Shown here: in pieces, positions 53,710-62,428 of the stretch
Layout: every line of letters begins with the position of its first letter
Numbering within the stretch: the stretch's first letter is position 1
Source: a virus
Length of the DNA stretch: 64,000 nt
Reading direction: 5' to 3' (one strand)
IMG/VR virus record: IMGVR_UViG_3300045988_131485
The notes under the pieces: model-generated
The model's input: the letters and a program-made list of their open reading frames with translations, nothing else
Database searches by the model: none
Told to the model about the DNA's origin: nothing
Translations under genes and position numbers: made by a program

Positions 53710-54072
53710 CTATTCACCTTCCTCAGTTTGAATATTTTCGACTTGAATCAGATCCCCATACCAGAACAACCAGGTCTCTACGCCCTCCAGCTCGATCAGA
53801 GCAGAGAACCCATCGGGTCGTTCACGATGCGGATGCGCAACAAATACCTTATTACGGCTGGACTCCACGAATTGACGGTACTCTCCCTGCATACGTGGAT
53901 AATCCTTCCGAGCTATGATTTGATCCACATTCAGAATGACCAAATCCCCATCACGAATCTTTTTGTCAATCTCGTTTCCGAGGCTTTCCAGGACATCCGC
54001 AGCAAGTGTGCGTGAGCCTTTGTCCCTGAGCTTCTTTTTCAAAGCTCTGCGATTTTCACGGTTCAAACACAT
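53710..54072 (-). CDS. Hypothetical early protein
   Basis: 120-aa ORF with TAATG coupling upstream. Confidence 0.45.
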   Translation of the reverse strand: MCLNRENRRALKKKLRDKGSRTLAADVLESLGNEIDKKIRDGDLVILNVDQIIARKDYPRMQGEYRQFVESSRNKVFVAHPHRERPDGFSALIELEGVETWLFWYGDLIQVENIQTEEGE

Positions 54073-54257
54073 TACCCCCTGTCTGAATATTCCTGAATTA
54101 CCTTTTCGTACTCCCGAGCGTTCTCTTTCAAAACGCCCTGATAGAACAGCACTTCGTTTTCCCCTGCGTCGTCAGCCGGAGAATAGTCATCACACTTCCC
54201 CTGGCACTCCGAGCCACATTGGTCATACCAAATACAATTTTTTCGTGCGGTGTTCAT
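54072..54257 (-). CDS. Hypothetical small Cys-rich protein
   Basis: ATG at 54257 with GGAAGGAGG 6 nt upstream. C..C....C...C pattern. Confidence 0.45.
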   Translation of the reverse strand: MNTARKNCIWYDQCGSECQGKCDDYSPADDAGENEVLFYQGVLKENAREYEKVIQEYSDRG

Positions 54258-54344
54258 TGTAAGCCTCCTTCCGCTACACACCGCCGCGTCAGCTCTCTTA
54301 AATTTCAAGTTCCCTATATGATCAAATGAATCGTTGACGCCGCA

Positions 54345-55565
54345 TTAGTCTGTCGTGTTTCCATGAGAGATGCCGTTTAACCAATTCCGAAACAGTTCCC
54401 TCATCCGCCTGCTTGGAATGTAGATCCAGATTTCTTTGCCATCACGAATAGCTGACCGCCATACCCACTGGATCATCTCACTCAACGCATAATCATCCTC
54501 GCGCACCTCAACTCCTTGCTCCTGAAAATAGTTTTTCAGCAAAGGGTTGTAGTACACGTTGACGCAATAGGCCAAGCAGTCCCTGTTCCGATATGCGTTA
54601 GTAGCCCGGACATTGCAGGAAAGGAAACCCTTGGTATATCCTTTGCCTTTCAGGAGGGCTTGGTAATCCTTAAAAACCGTCCACAAGTTACGGTCTGATG
54701 AAGAATTGAGCATATTCTTGAACAAGTTCGTCAAATTGTTTCTCAGCTGTTTGATAAGCGGCTGTCCTTTGGTATCACGCGCTTTCTTATACCAAGAAAC
54801 AGATAGGCTCGACCTCATTTCGCCGATCTTATTCAGTTTCTCATCCTCGATGATATGAATTTTCTTTGGGAGTTCTGCTACGTAATCCGGTATGTGAGGT
54901 GTATCGCTGAAATGATATACCCCGTTCTCACAAACCGTTCCGATCCGCTGGACTTCGATATTATGAATGTCGAAGTAATATTTCTGCACCTGAGCATCGA
55001 ACATATAGGTGAGAATGATCACCTCATCGAAGGACTGAAATACCTCAATCGGGAATTTCCATAGCAAGAGGCAGTCATTATACAAAATGACGTTGCCAGT
55101 CATGCACATATCCCGCAAGTCTTCAAATCTGCCCTCGTAGTCATCATTTACCCACCGCACACGGTACTCAGAGTCAACCTCGATCATATCCCGCTTGAGC
55201 ATTTGCAAATCCTTTGGAGAAATCGGGATTGTCTGAACGGCTTGGAAAACCTCATCCAAAATGAGCTTATAGCCGCCGTCTTGGATCAGCGAAATCGTTT
55301 CATCGTTATACGACTCAAACAGCGCATGAGTGCTGGCAATGTTATCCCTCATAGACAGAAGGTAATGCAGGTTTTCCAACTTACCCTTACCTTTACTTTG
55401 CGGATCTTTGAATTTTCGCCCACTGCAACTCCGTTTGATTCGTTCTACTTCGTCCAGGTATGGCGTGATAAATACGTAGCGGCTTTCCTTATCTTGATTC
55501 ATCAAAGTGATCGCAGACTCGGTTTTACCTGCTCCCATAATCGTGTCACATACCTTAACGATCAC
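54345..55565 (-). CDS. P-loop ATPase, SF2 helicase-like
   Basis: Walker A GAGKTE, DExx-like LILDEVF, and late QWVWRSAIRDG (motif VI-like). GTGA overlap with the upstream gene. Confidence 0.6.
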   Translation of the reverse strand: MIVKVCDTIMGAGKTESAITLMNQDKESRYVFITPYLDEVERIKRSCSGRKFKDPQSKGKGKLENLHYLLSMRDNIASTHALFESYNDETISLIQDGGYKLILDEVFQAVQTIPISPKDLQMLKRDMIEVDSEYRVRWVNDDYEGRFEDLRDMCMTGNVILYNDCLLLWKFPIEVFQSFDEVIILTYMFDAQVQKYYFDIHNIEVQRIGTVCENGVYHFSDTPHIPDYVAELPKKIHIIEDEKLNKIGEMRSSLSVSWYKKARDTKGQPLIKQLRNNLTNLFKNMLNSSSDRNLWTVFKDYQALLKGKGYTKGFLSCNVRATNAYRNRDCLAYCVNVYYNPLLKNYFQEQGVEVREDDYALSEMIQWVWRSAIRDGKEIWIYIPSRRMRELFRNWLNGISHGNTTD

Positions 55566-56413
55566 ACGCTTTCCTCCTTCGCCGTCTTACGGTAATAGAA
55601 GAATTGGAGCTGCTGAACATAGCCGGCAAATCCGGCGTACTGAGAAGGATCGAAATTGCCATGGTAGACATCATCAATCATGCGGTTGATCCACACATCC
55701 CTGGGGTAACTGTCCATACGGTGAAGCCCAAACAGCATCACGCAGTTCGCAACCTTCTCGCCAATGCCCCGCAGAGCAATCAGCGTCTTCCGGGCCGTAT
55801 CGTCATCCTGCTTCTGGAGCTGCACCCAGAAATCTTCGTCATACTCGGCCATCTCTTTCACATAGCTTTCACGATAGCCCAGCGATGCCGGTGACAGATC
55901 CTGACCTCTCAGCTGCGCCGGCGTCGGGAAGGAATAGAACTGCTGGTCGTCGATCTCCCCCAGTGGCGTACCGAATGTCTGGCAGAGAACATCTACCGCT
56001 TTGCGAATGCGCGGGATGTTGTTACGCTGGGAGATAATAAAGGTCACTACCATCTCCCACAAATCCTGTCTCAGGATGCGGATACCGCCACCTGCCGCGA
56101 TCGCCTCCCGCAAAAACGGGTCTCCGGCCATCTTCTGCTGATATGCTTCATAGTCGGCAGACAGGTCAAAATAGGGCATCCATACATCCCGGAACTCATC
56201 ATAGGGGCAGTGAAAAACATACCCGCCATTGGTACTCGGTGTGATTTTCACCAGCTTCATACCGGTGATCGCCACATATCCCCTATCTTGCAGTGCGGTC
56301 AGCCGGAAGCACTGGCCGGAATCTGCAATCTGCTTCAAATCAAACGTATGGGGAATGTTAATGAGCACGCCATCAGAAACCCTCCGGCAAATTACCTTTT
56401 CGCCACTCATCAT
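55562..56413 (-). CDS. 8-oxoguanine DNA glycosylase-like HhH-GPD enzyme (Ogg/AlkA family)
   Basis: N-terminal DSGQCFR motif, and HhH-GPD LRGIGEKVANCVMLFGL....YPRDVW. Confidence 0.7.
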   Translation of the reverse strand: MMSGEKVICRRVSDGVLINIPHTFDLKQIADSGQCFRLTALQDRGYVAITGMKLVKITPSTNGGYVFHCPYDEFRDVWMPYFDLSADYEAYQQKMAGDPFLREAIAAGGGIRILRQDLWEMVVTFIISQRNNIPRIRKAVDVLCQTFGTPLGEIDDQQFYSFPTPAQLRGQDLSPASLGYRESYVKEMAEYDEDFWVQLQKQDDDTARKTLIALRGIGEKVANCVMLFGLHRMDSYPRDVWINRMIDDVYHGNFDPSQYAGFAGYVQQLQFFYYRKTAKEESV

Positions 56414-56786
56414 ACTCGCTCCTTTTCTTCAAATATTTGCGGATTATGCTCAGTCCGCAGTACACCAGATCGCAATACGGCTTGGAGCCGTCGCCATCGT
56501 ATTGGGTAATTGCTGATACAACCTCCTGCTCCGTCAGATTCTCCGGCACATACCGGAACAGCTCAAATACCTCCTGCATTTTCTCAATGAGGCGGATATT
56601 ATCGGCGCAGGTTTTGACTTGACTCTTAGCCAGTGTCAGCATTGTCGCCGGGTCAATTCCATAGAGTCTTGCGGCATTTCTATACGCTTGCACCTCTTCA
56701 AACAGAGCGGCACGCTCCTGATTCATACGCAGGATCGTCGCTTCAGACTCGTTCAGTCTGCGCGTCAACTCTTTAAGATCGTCCAC
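56373..56786 (-). CDS. Hypothetical early protein
   Basis: 137-aa helical ORF. GTG start with AGGAG 8 nt upstream. First gene after a conserved box. Confidence 0.45.
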   Translation of the reverse strand: MDDLKELTRRLNESEATILRMNQERAALFEEVQAYRNAARLYGIDPATMLTLAKSQVKTCADNIRLIEKMQEVFELFRYVPENLTEQEVVSAITQYDGDGSKPYCDLVYCGLSIIRKYLKKRSEYDEWRKGNLPEGF

Positions 56787-56800
56787 TGCACGTGCTCCTT

Positions 56801-56824
56801 TCTGATTGATTTACTTTGTTGCTA
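56801..56824 (-). promoter_or_regulatory. Conserved box TAGCAACAAAGTAAATCAATCAGA
   Basis: Contains the invariant AGCAACAAAG. Its 3' end lies 14 nt before the start at 56786. Confidence 0.55.
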
Positions 56825-56832
56825 TTTGAAGG

Positions 56833-57048
56833 TCAAACTTTCTTCACTATGCAGCCATAGCCTCTGCACGTCCGGCCATATCCCATCTTATCTCCGAATA
56901 GGCCGTCGTCGTCCAGATTGCGAATAGTTGCCTGCTTTTCATTGAGTTTTAAGATCTCACCGTTCCGAAGCTCTTGGTACTTGGAGTCAATGTAGGCCAC
57001 ACGGTCGCCGACCATAAGCTCCCGACCGAAAAAATCATAATGCTTCAT
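56833..57048 (-). CDS. Hypothetical early protein
   Basis: 71-aa ORF. Confidence 0.4.
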   Translation of the reverse strand: MKHYDFFGRELMVGDRVAYIDSKYQELRNGEILKLNEKQATIRNLDDDGLFGDKMGYGRTCRGYGCIVKKV

Positions 57049-57060
57049 ATATCCACCGCC

Positions 57061-57609
57061 TTATCCAAACTCCACACAACCGCATTCGGGCGCTTCTTTG
57101 TGGGAGCTTTGTTCCTTCTCGCCGTCCCACTTCCAGGCGGGAACGAGCTTACGAAGATCAGACACGGCGGCGTCGCGCTCTGCCCGCAGCGTTTTCACTT
57201 TCTCCGCACACTTATACCAGTTTGAGCGCAGCCCGTCGCATTCCACTCTGAGCTTTTTAAGCTCCTCCAACCAGTGGGCGAGCTGTTCATGCTTGGCAGC
57301 GCAGGTATCACAAGGGTTGCTTTTTCTCAGTCTTTCCGCTGTCTCATAGCAATGTTGAATTGCTTCATCCAAAGTAAACATGGTGCTACTTTCCCTGTTT
57401 TCTTCGTAAATCTCTTTGCCGTCTTCGTCGTACAGATCATTTACTTTTTGCACTCTTTTGGCGCGGAGGGCGGAGATCGCCTTATCATACACTGCTAAAA
57501 TAACGGCATCGTCCATGAGCAAATCACAGTGGGCGCAGTCAGAGCAGTTGATTGCCGTCTTCCTCTGTACGCACTGTTTTTCCCGTTCCAAAACTTCAAT
57601 GTCGGTCAT
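57061..57609 (-). CDS. Hypothetical Cys-rich early protein
   Basis: 182-aa ORF with several CxxC pairs, abutting the HNH gene. Confidence 0.45.
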   Translation of the reverse strand: MTDIEVLEREKQCVQRKTAINCSDCAHCDLLMDDAVILAVYDKAISALRAKRVQKVNDLYDEDGKEIYEENRESSTMFTLDEAIQHCYETAERLRKSNPCDTCAAKHEQLAHWLEELKKLRVECDGLRSNWYKCAEKVKTLRAERDAAVSDLRKLVPAWKWDGEKEQSSHKEAPECGCVEFG

Positions 57610-57960
57610 TCAGATGCACCGCCTTTCAAAGTAGAATGTAATTTTCTTTGGCGTTGGCTTAACCATACCAAACCGTACAGCCTGACGGTAAGTATAGCAG
57701 TCACGCTCCAAGGTGGCCGGCATAGCTTCCAGTATTCGCCGCCAGCCCTCCAATGAGTTGCCGCGCTTGTAGTGATTACAGCTCCGACAGGCCGGCAGCA
57801 TATTTGCCAGATCGTCTTCACCCTTACTCCTCAGCGCAACAACGTGATCGACTTGCATATCCTCATAGTTCAGCTGCTCGCCGCAGTATGCACACCGCCC
57901 ACCCATCTTGTCATAAACGGCACGGCGCTCTGCCGGCGTCAGCCTGCGTCTCTTTTCCAT
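57610..57960 (-). CDS. HNH endonuclease
   Basis: CAYCG...DHVVAL...N..PACRSCNHYK. Confidence 0.85.
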   Translation of the reverse strand: MEKRRRLTPAERRAVYDKMGGRCAYCGEQLNYEDMQVDHVVALRSKGEDDLANMLPACRSCNHYKRGNSLEGWRRILEAMPATLERDCYTYRQAVRFGMVKPTPKKITFYFERRCI

Positions 57961-57984
57961 GTAGCTTCTTCACTCCGAGCGTAA

Positions 57985-58299
57985 TTACCAGCAGGCGTAT
58001 TCCACATTGTCTTCAGATGGGGCCAATTTTTCATATTCCTCTTGAACTGCCTTATCAATTTGTTCCTGAGTGCAGTATTCCAAGAATACATTTTTTACGT
58101 ACTCTTTGCGCCCATCTAAATCGAGCACGCGATAATCATAACGATCTCTTATGCTGGCTGCAATGCTAATTTCCTTACGTTTTCTGTACGGCTTTACCAT
58201 GATATCACAGACGCGAAATCTAATAGATTCGTCGCGACCATAGTTATTCACTCGCACAACGATTCTGATTTGATCTTTGTTTTCGTTTATAAATGTCAT
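57985..58299 (-). CDS. Hypothetical early protein
   Basis: 104-aa ORF. Confidence 0.4.
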   Translation of the reverse strand: MTFINENKDQIRIVVRVNNYGRDESIRFRVCDIMVKPYRKRKEISIAASIRDRYDYRVLDLDGRKEYVKNVFLEYCTQEQIDKAVQEEYEKLAPSEDNVEYACW

Positions 58300-58314
58300 A
58301 TCATCTCACCACCA

Positions 58315-58683
58315 TTATTTGAAGAAATCGCGGTAGACCTTTTCGATGATGGTATGGCTGGAAATGTTGACACTCGGGACTGCCCATCGAGCCGTAGCCT
58401 CGAAGTCCTTCTCGTGCGCCGCAATGTAAGACCTCATGTCATTTCGCAGCCCATCCACCGTACCGATCGCACAGAGCAGAGAGTGTTGCACCGCCTCAAA
58501 GTCCTTGATGGCACGATCTTTGTCGGGGCCGTCCGGGTAAAGGTCAATGACGCCCTTGCGCACAATCGCTACCTTAGCTTTCTCTTCCAGATTTGTTTCG
58601 GCGGCAAAGTAGTCCAACAGCAGCCGTTCTCTTTGCCGGTCAGCCGGCGTCCATTCCGGCTGGGAGTGCTTCTTCAGGAACAT
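58315..58683 (-). CDS. Hypothetical early protein
   Basis: Trimmed to the ATG at 58683 with GGAGG 7 nt upstream. Confidence 0.45.
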   Translation of the reverse strand: MFLKKHSQPEWTPADRQRERLLLDYFAAETNLEEKAKVAIVRKGVIDLYPDGPDKDRAIKDFEAVQHSLLCAIGTVDGLRNDMRSYIAAHEKDFEATARWAVPSVNISSHTIIEKVYRDFFK

Positions 58684-59049
58684 AGTAAAACCTCCAAAAA
58701 TGTTCAAAAGTTCAGAACCCCAAAATCGAATTATCACTTTTGAGGTGATAAATTCTAAATTTCGATGCTCAAACGCTCGTCAACAAACGGGGTATTTGAA
58801 AATCGTCCCTTAGAAGGGGAAGGGGTAATATCGCTACGCTCAAAGTAGTCTAAAAAGTTGCAAAAATAGCCAATTTGCAAAGGGGAAGTTTTTGCAGTTA
58901 GGCCGCTCGCTTCGCTCGCGGATATACGGAGAGTTGGTAGCGGCCTAACCCAAAAGGTAGGTGCGGGGTAGACACTTTCGATTTAGTCATCTACCCATCC
59001 CCAGTATCTTGAGTCTTCTGCCAGCTGGCAGCGTGAACACCAGAGAAAA

Positions 59050-59820
59050 TTAAATATCCCCTAACAGGTCGATTGAAACATCGTGGTAGGCTTTCTTCTC
59101 TTCCTCGTCAGCGATACCGATATAACGCATGGTGATGAGAGCGCTGGAATGACCGAAAAGACGCTGGAGGAACACAATGTCGTGGTTACTCTGGTAGTGG
59201 AAGTATCCGAAAGTCTTCCGCAGGGTATGGGTACCGATGTTCTGCTTGATCCCGCAAGCCTTAGCCGCATCCTTCAACTTCTTGCGCAGGGTGTCCACTT
59301 CAATGTGACCACCTTCACGGGAAGCGAAGATATATCCATCAGAGTAGTGGCCGGCATCGTTACCATAGTACCACTGAATAGCGTGGACACAGGATTCATT
59401 CAGATAGAGTCCACGTCGCTTGTCTACCTTCTCCTGAAAGACTGAGATTTTGTCGGTGGTATCGGTGTAGTCTCCAACAATGTAGCGGATCTTGCCGTCA
59501 GGGAAGAAAATATCAGAACACTTCAGTTCCAGAAGCTCGTTGGCTCTGAGGCCGAGGTTGATACCCAAGATGAATGCCAGCAGGTATTTGGGATCAGCAT
59601 TGGCCCGTAGCCAAGAGGCCATAGCGTCAAGCTGCTCACGAGACTTGATCGGGAAAACCGTCTGCTCTTCTCCTTTGCGGTAGTTGACCTTCTTGGGAGG
59701 CTCGACAGCAGAGGTACCGGGGAACTGAATGATTTTACAGCTGGTCGGCGGTACGGTATTGATCTGAGGAGCCGTAGGCTGATCAAAGAGGGTAAGTTGC
59801 GTGTCCATAGTCCACCTCAT
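59050..59820 (-). CDS. Small tyrosine recombinase (integrase family)
   Basis: LRANELLELK (Arg I), HTLRKTFG (H-x-x-R), GHSSALITMRYIG (His...Tyr). The ATG at 59808 is an alternative start. Confidence 0.8.
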   Translation of the reverse strand: MRWTMDTQLTLFDQPTAPQINTVPPTSCKIIQFPGTSAVEPPKKVNYRKGEEQTVFPIKSREQLDAMASWLRANADPKYLLAFILGINLGLRANELLELKCSDIFFPDGKIRYIVGDYTDTTDKISVFQEKVDKRRGLYLNESCVHAIQWYYGNDAGHYSDGYIFASREGGHIEVDTLRKKLKDAAKACGIKQNIGTHTLRKTFGYFHYQSNHDIVFLQRLFGHSSALITMRYIGIADEEEKKAYHDVSIDLLGDI

Positions 59821-59867
59821 TTTCTTTGTCGCAAAAGACCGTCAGTTGTTGTCTCTTATCTTAATAT

Positions 59868-59896
59868 ATTCTACCATATCTGTGGTCTAAAGTCAA
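59868..59896 (-). promoter_or_regulatory. Sigma-70-type promoter for the leftward early operon
   Basis: TTGACT-17 nt-TAGAAT with an upstream TG. Confidence 0.65.
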
Positions 59897-59902
59897 TCAG
59901 AA

Positions 59903-59923
59903 TATTAGTTTTCTTTGTTGCTA
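59903..59923 (-). promoter_or_regulatory. Conserved box TAGCAACAAAGAAAACTAATA just upstream of the -35
   Basis: Contains the invariant AGCAACAAAG. Confidence 0.5.
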
Positions 59924-60099
59924 TCGAAGAAGAATACGACTGTAAACGGGGTGAATTATAGAGGGTTGACAGAAAAACCGAGGTTGTAAGGCTAAAAATG
60001 TGATTTTGGAGGTACGGGTTTAATTCATTTACTGTTGGGGAATCGTCGAGATTGTTCCCGAGTGAAAAATGGGGATATGGGGTGTACGTGATAGAGTAG

Positions 60100-60720
60100 A
60101 GGTACTGAGTCGTTTCGTGAGAAACGGGGCGGGCGCGAAAATGTGAAGGCTCCCCCGGTGCCGGTGGCGTCCAGGCAGGCGGGCGGGGTGCCGTTGTTCG
60201 TCTGCTGACGGGCAAAAATAGGCCGGGGTTCTGCAAACTCTCCAAAAGCAGAATTGACAGAGATAGAGACGGGCGGGAGTACGTCGGGAGACTGGGAGCT
60301 TCAGCCGGTGCGGGCTGGGGTGCCTGCTGGCCTGGGGCGGTGCTGGGCTGGCCGTTTTGGGGCGGGGTTCGGTCTATATATGACTTTGACGGCAAAACGG
60401 CAGGCAAGCGGGCGCAAGTCCTCATCTTTTCGCCCTTTCTCCCTTCGTGCTCTTCTTCTCCCTCTTCGGATGTCCTCGCGTTCTCCGGCTGGCTCTGTCT
60501 GTTTGATCTGGGCGGGCAAGCTGGCGGCATAGGGGCGGCGGGCGGCGTGTCCGTCTGGCCGTGGTGCTGGGCGTGTCGTGCGTCTCCTGCGGCAGGCGGC
60601 AGGGCTGGCCGCTCTCGTGCCGTGTCTGCTGGCCGTCTCCCCTGCTGGCCGTGCTGGGGTAGTCTGTGCGGGCGCTGGGGCTGGCGCTGGGCATGGGCGG
60701 TGATCTCAGGCCAAGCGGCT
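60100..60720. other. GC-rich, strand-asymmetric non-coding island (polypyrimidine tract followed by a G-rich, A-depleted tract)
   Basis: No plausible CDS or SD. About 14 A in 290 nt at 60421-60710 (manual count). Several G3+ run clusters. Confidence 0.6.
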
Positions 60721-60859
60721 TGCTAATCAGCAAAATGCACAAAGATTCAATAAGAAATGCAGCATAATGACGAAAACAATGCCTTGTATTTTGTGCTTTT
60801 TACGCTGTAAATATGCCTGTTTTTGTGTAAAATAGGCTGTTTTTCTAACTTTTTGGATA

Positions 60860-60881
60860 TAGCAACAAAGTTAATGATTGA
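60860..60881 (+). promoter_or_regulatory. Conserved box TAGCAACAAAGTTAATGATTGA overlapping the -35 of the rightward promoter
   Basis: Contains the invariant AGCAACAAAG. Confidence 0.5.
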
Positions 60882-60906
60882 CGGATGGGATCTTTTATGA
60901 TAAGAT
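60878..60906 (+). promoter_or_regulatory. Sigma-70-type promoter for the rightward arm
   Basis: TTGACG-17 nt-TAAGAT. Confidence 0.6.
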
Positions 60907-60986
60907 ATAGACAGTTAAAGAGGGCGGGCGCTGGGGCCGTTGGCCGGGGGTATCCTCTCCGGGCGGCAGGCTCCACCGCTTCCCGA

Positions 60987-61007
60987 TAGCAACAAAGTAA
61001 ATCAACG
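60987..61007 (+). promoter_or_regulatory. Conserved box TAGCAACAAAGTAAATCAACG
   Basis: Contains the invariant AGCAACAAAG. Its 3' end lies 16 nt before the ATG at 61024. Confidence 0.55.
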
Positions 61008-61023
61008 TAAAGGAGAATGAACA

Positions 61024-61821
61024 ATGAAAAAGACTTACAACATGAGCGAGACCATGACGCGGGCATGGGCCATCCGCAAAGCGGCAGCGGCTGACATGGG
61101 GTGCAAGGTGTCTGAAGTCCTGATGGGCGAATGTCTGAAGATCGCCTGGGCTGAAGCTGAAGGCGCAAACGCTGAGACCAACGCCGCCGCCATCGTGGGT
61201 GAGTGGGCGAACATGGCCGACGCTGACAAAGTGCGCATGATGACCGCTTGCATCCGCAAGGCGGCAAAGAATGAAATCGGCTATTCCACCGAAGACCATT
61301 ACCTGCAGTTCTCTGAAGTGCCCGCGTTCGGTTGCTTCCGCACTCATGACTTTGACGAGTTCGTGTCCGAGACCTGCATCCGGGTTCTTGACAAGCTGGC
61401 CGACCTTGACAAGCTGGCCGCAACAAATGAACGGCGGGCCGCTCAGGGTAAGCGCCCGATGCGCCTGGTGTCCGTTGTCTACAATGCGGCGCGGGCTTCC
61501 ATTGCGGCGGTGTACTACGCCGACAGCAAACACGGCGCGGCGTATGACTGGGAGATCAATGACGGCGAGGGCAACGCGGCGAGCTTCCTTGAAACCTGCT
61601 GCGGAGATGCTACGGTGAACACCGAAACAAGCGCCATCATCCGGGCAGACCTGGACGCGTTCCGGGATGGGCTGGACGAGATCGGGCGGCAGATTTTGGA
61701 AATGGTAGCCGCGCACAAGACAGAGCGCGAGATCGGGAAAGCCGTGGGCATCTCTAATGTTGCCGTACACAAGCGCATTGTGAAAATGCGGGCGGCGCTG
61801 GAAAGCCTGCGGGTTGCCTGA
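61024..61821 (+). CDS. Sigma-70 region-4-like / HTH transcription regulator
   Basis: C-terminal LEMVAAHKTEREIGKAVGISNVAVHKRIVKMRAAL resembles a region 4.2 HTH. AAAGGAG SD. Confidence 0.55.
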   Translation: MKKTYNMSETMTRAWAIRKAAAADMGCKVSEVLMGECLKIAWAEAEGANAETNAAAIVGEWANMADADKVRMMTACIRKAAKNEIGYSTEDHYLQFSEVPAFGCFRTHDFDEFVSETCIRVLDKLADLDKLAATNERRAAQGKRPMRLVSVVYNAARASIAAVYYADSKHGAAYDWEINDGEGNAASFLETCCGDATVNTETSAIIRADLDAFRDGLDEIGRQILEMVAAHKTEREIGKAVGISNVAVHKRIVKMRAALESLRVA

Positions 61822-61839
61822 AAAGAAATTTTTCCGAAC

Positions 61840-61880
61840 GGTTAGCAACAAAGAAAATCAATCTGTAAATAATAGCGGGG
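61840..61880 (+). promoter_or_regulatory. Promoter-like box GGTTAGCAACAAAGAAAATCAATCTGTAAATAATAGCGGGG (combines both motif families)
   Basis: TTAGCA/TGTAAAT spacing is sigma-70-like. Precedes the gene at 61934. Confidence 0.5.
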
Positions 61881-61933
61881 CCGGTAAAACGGAACGCCGG
61901 CCCCCAATAAAAAACGTAAAGGGGAACACAAAA

Positions 61934-62293
61934 ATGACTATCAATAACGCGGTTCTGAAAAATTGCTTGAAACTCTCCAGCAAGATCACGGTTTACGTGC
62001 CCGCCACAAACGGCATTGACCAGGCGGCGGACAATACGGAACAGGTCAAGAAAACGGCGGCGCTCCTCTCCGAGCTTTTCGGCGGCGCGACTTCCACCCC
62101 GGCGCTGGGCTACTGGATGTCTCCGGCGGCTGGCCTGGTGGCAGAGGCTACAACGGTGGTTTTCGCCTACGCTGCGGATGCGGCGCTCCAGGAGCACGTC
62201 GGGCGCGTGGTGGAGCTGTGCGAGGAGCTGAAGCGGGAGATGGGACAAGAGGCCATCGCCCTGGAAATCAACGGTGAGATGTATTTCATCTAA
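61934..62293 (+). CDS. Hypothetical protein
   Basis: 119 aa from the ATG with an AAAGGGGAA SD. Followed by terminators. Confidence 0.5.
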   Translation: MTINNAVLKNCLKLSSKITVYVPATNGIDQAADNTEQVKKTAALLSELFGGATSTPALGYWMSPAAGLVAEATTVVFAYAADAALQEHVGRVVELCEELKREMGQEAIALEINGEMYFI

Positions 62294-62347
62294 CAGCAGG
62301 ACGGCGGGCGAGGGCTACGGCTCCCGTCCGCTTTTCTGTAAAAGAGA

Positions 62348-62377
62348 ACGGCGGGAAAACTCCCGCCGTTTTTTTTA
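62348..62377 (+). terminator. Rho-independent terminator
   Basis: ACGGCGGGA-AAAC-TCCCGCCGT followed by T8. Confidence 0.85.
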
Positions 62378-62384
62378 TGGACTT

Positions 62385-62418
62385 GGTTAGCAATCGCTAT
62401 TTTCTTTCTGTAATATAA
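62385..62418 (+). promoter_or_regulatory. Promoter-like box GGTTAGCAA...TTTCTTTCTGTAATATAAG, pointing into a convergent gene
   Basis: Same family as the boxes at 4604, 63151 and 63692. Confidence 0.4.
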
Positions 62419-62428
62419 GTAGAACGGG

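Noticed and set aside
59871-60742. ORFs of 219, 128 and 106 aa in the GC-rich island
   Set aside because: The translations are Pro/Arg/Gly/Trp/Cys-rich and low-complexity. They use TTG or unclear starts with no SD and overlap one another on both strands. The region is treated as non-coding.
59903-60881. Invertible (inverton-type) switch bounded by the 12-bp inverted repeat CTTTGTTGCTAT next to the recombinase
   Set aside because: The same core occurs at six or more other loci in both orientations, where recombination would scramble essential operons. The repeat is short. A regulatory box explains it better.
60895-61851. 318-aa minus-strand ORF overlapping the 61024-61821 gene
   Set aside because: The plus-strand frame has a strong SD, normal composition and a C-terminal HTH. 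The minus frame is Arg/His/Gly-rich, which is typical of a GC-rich shadow.
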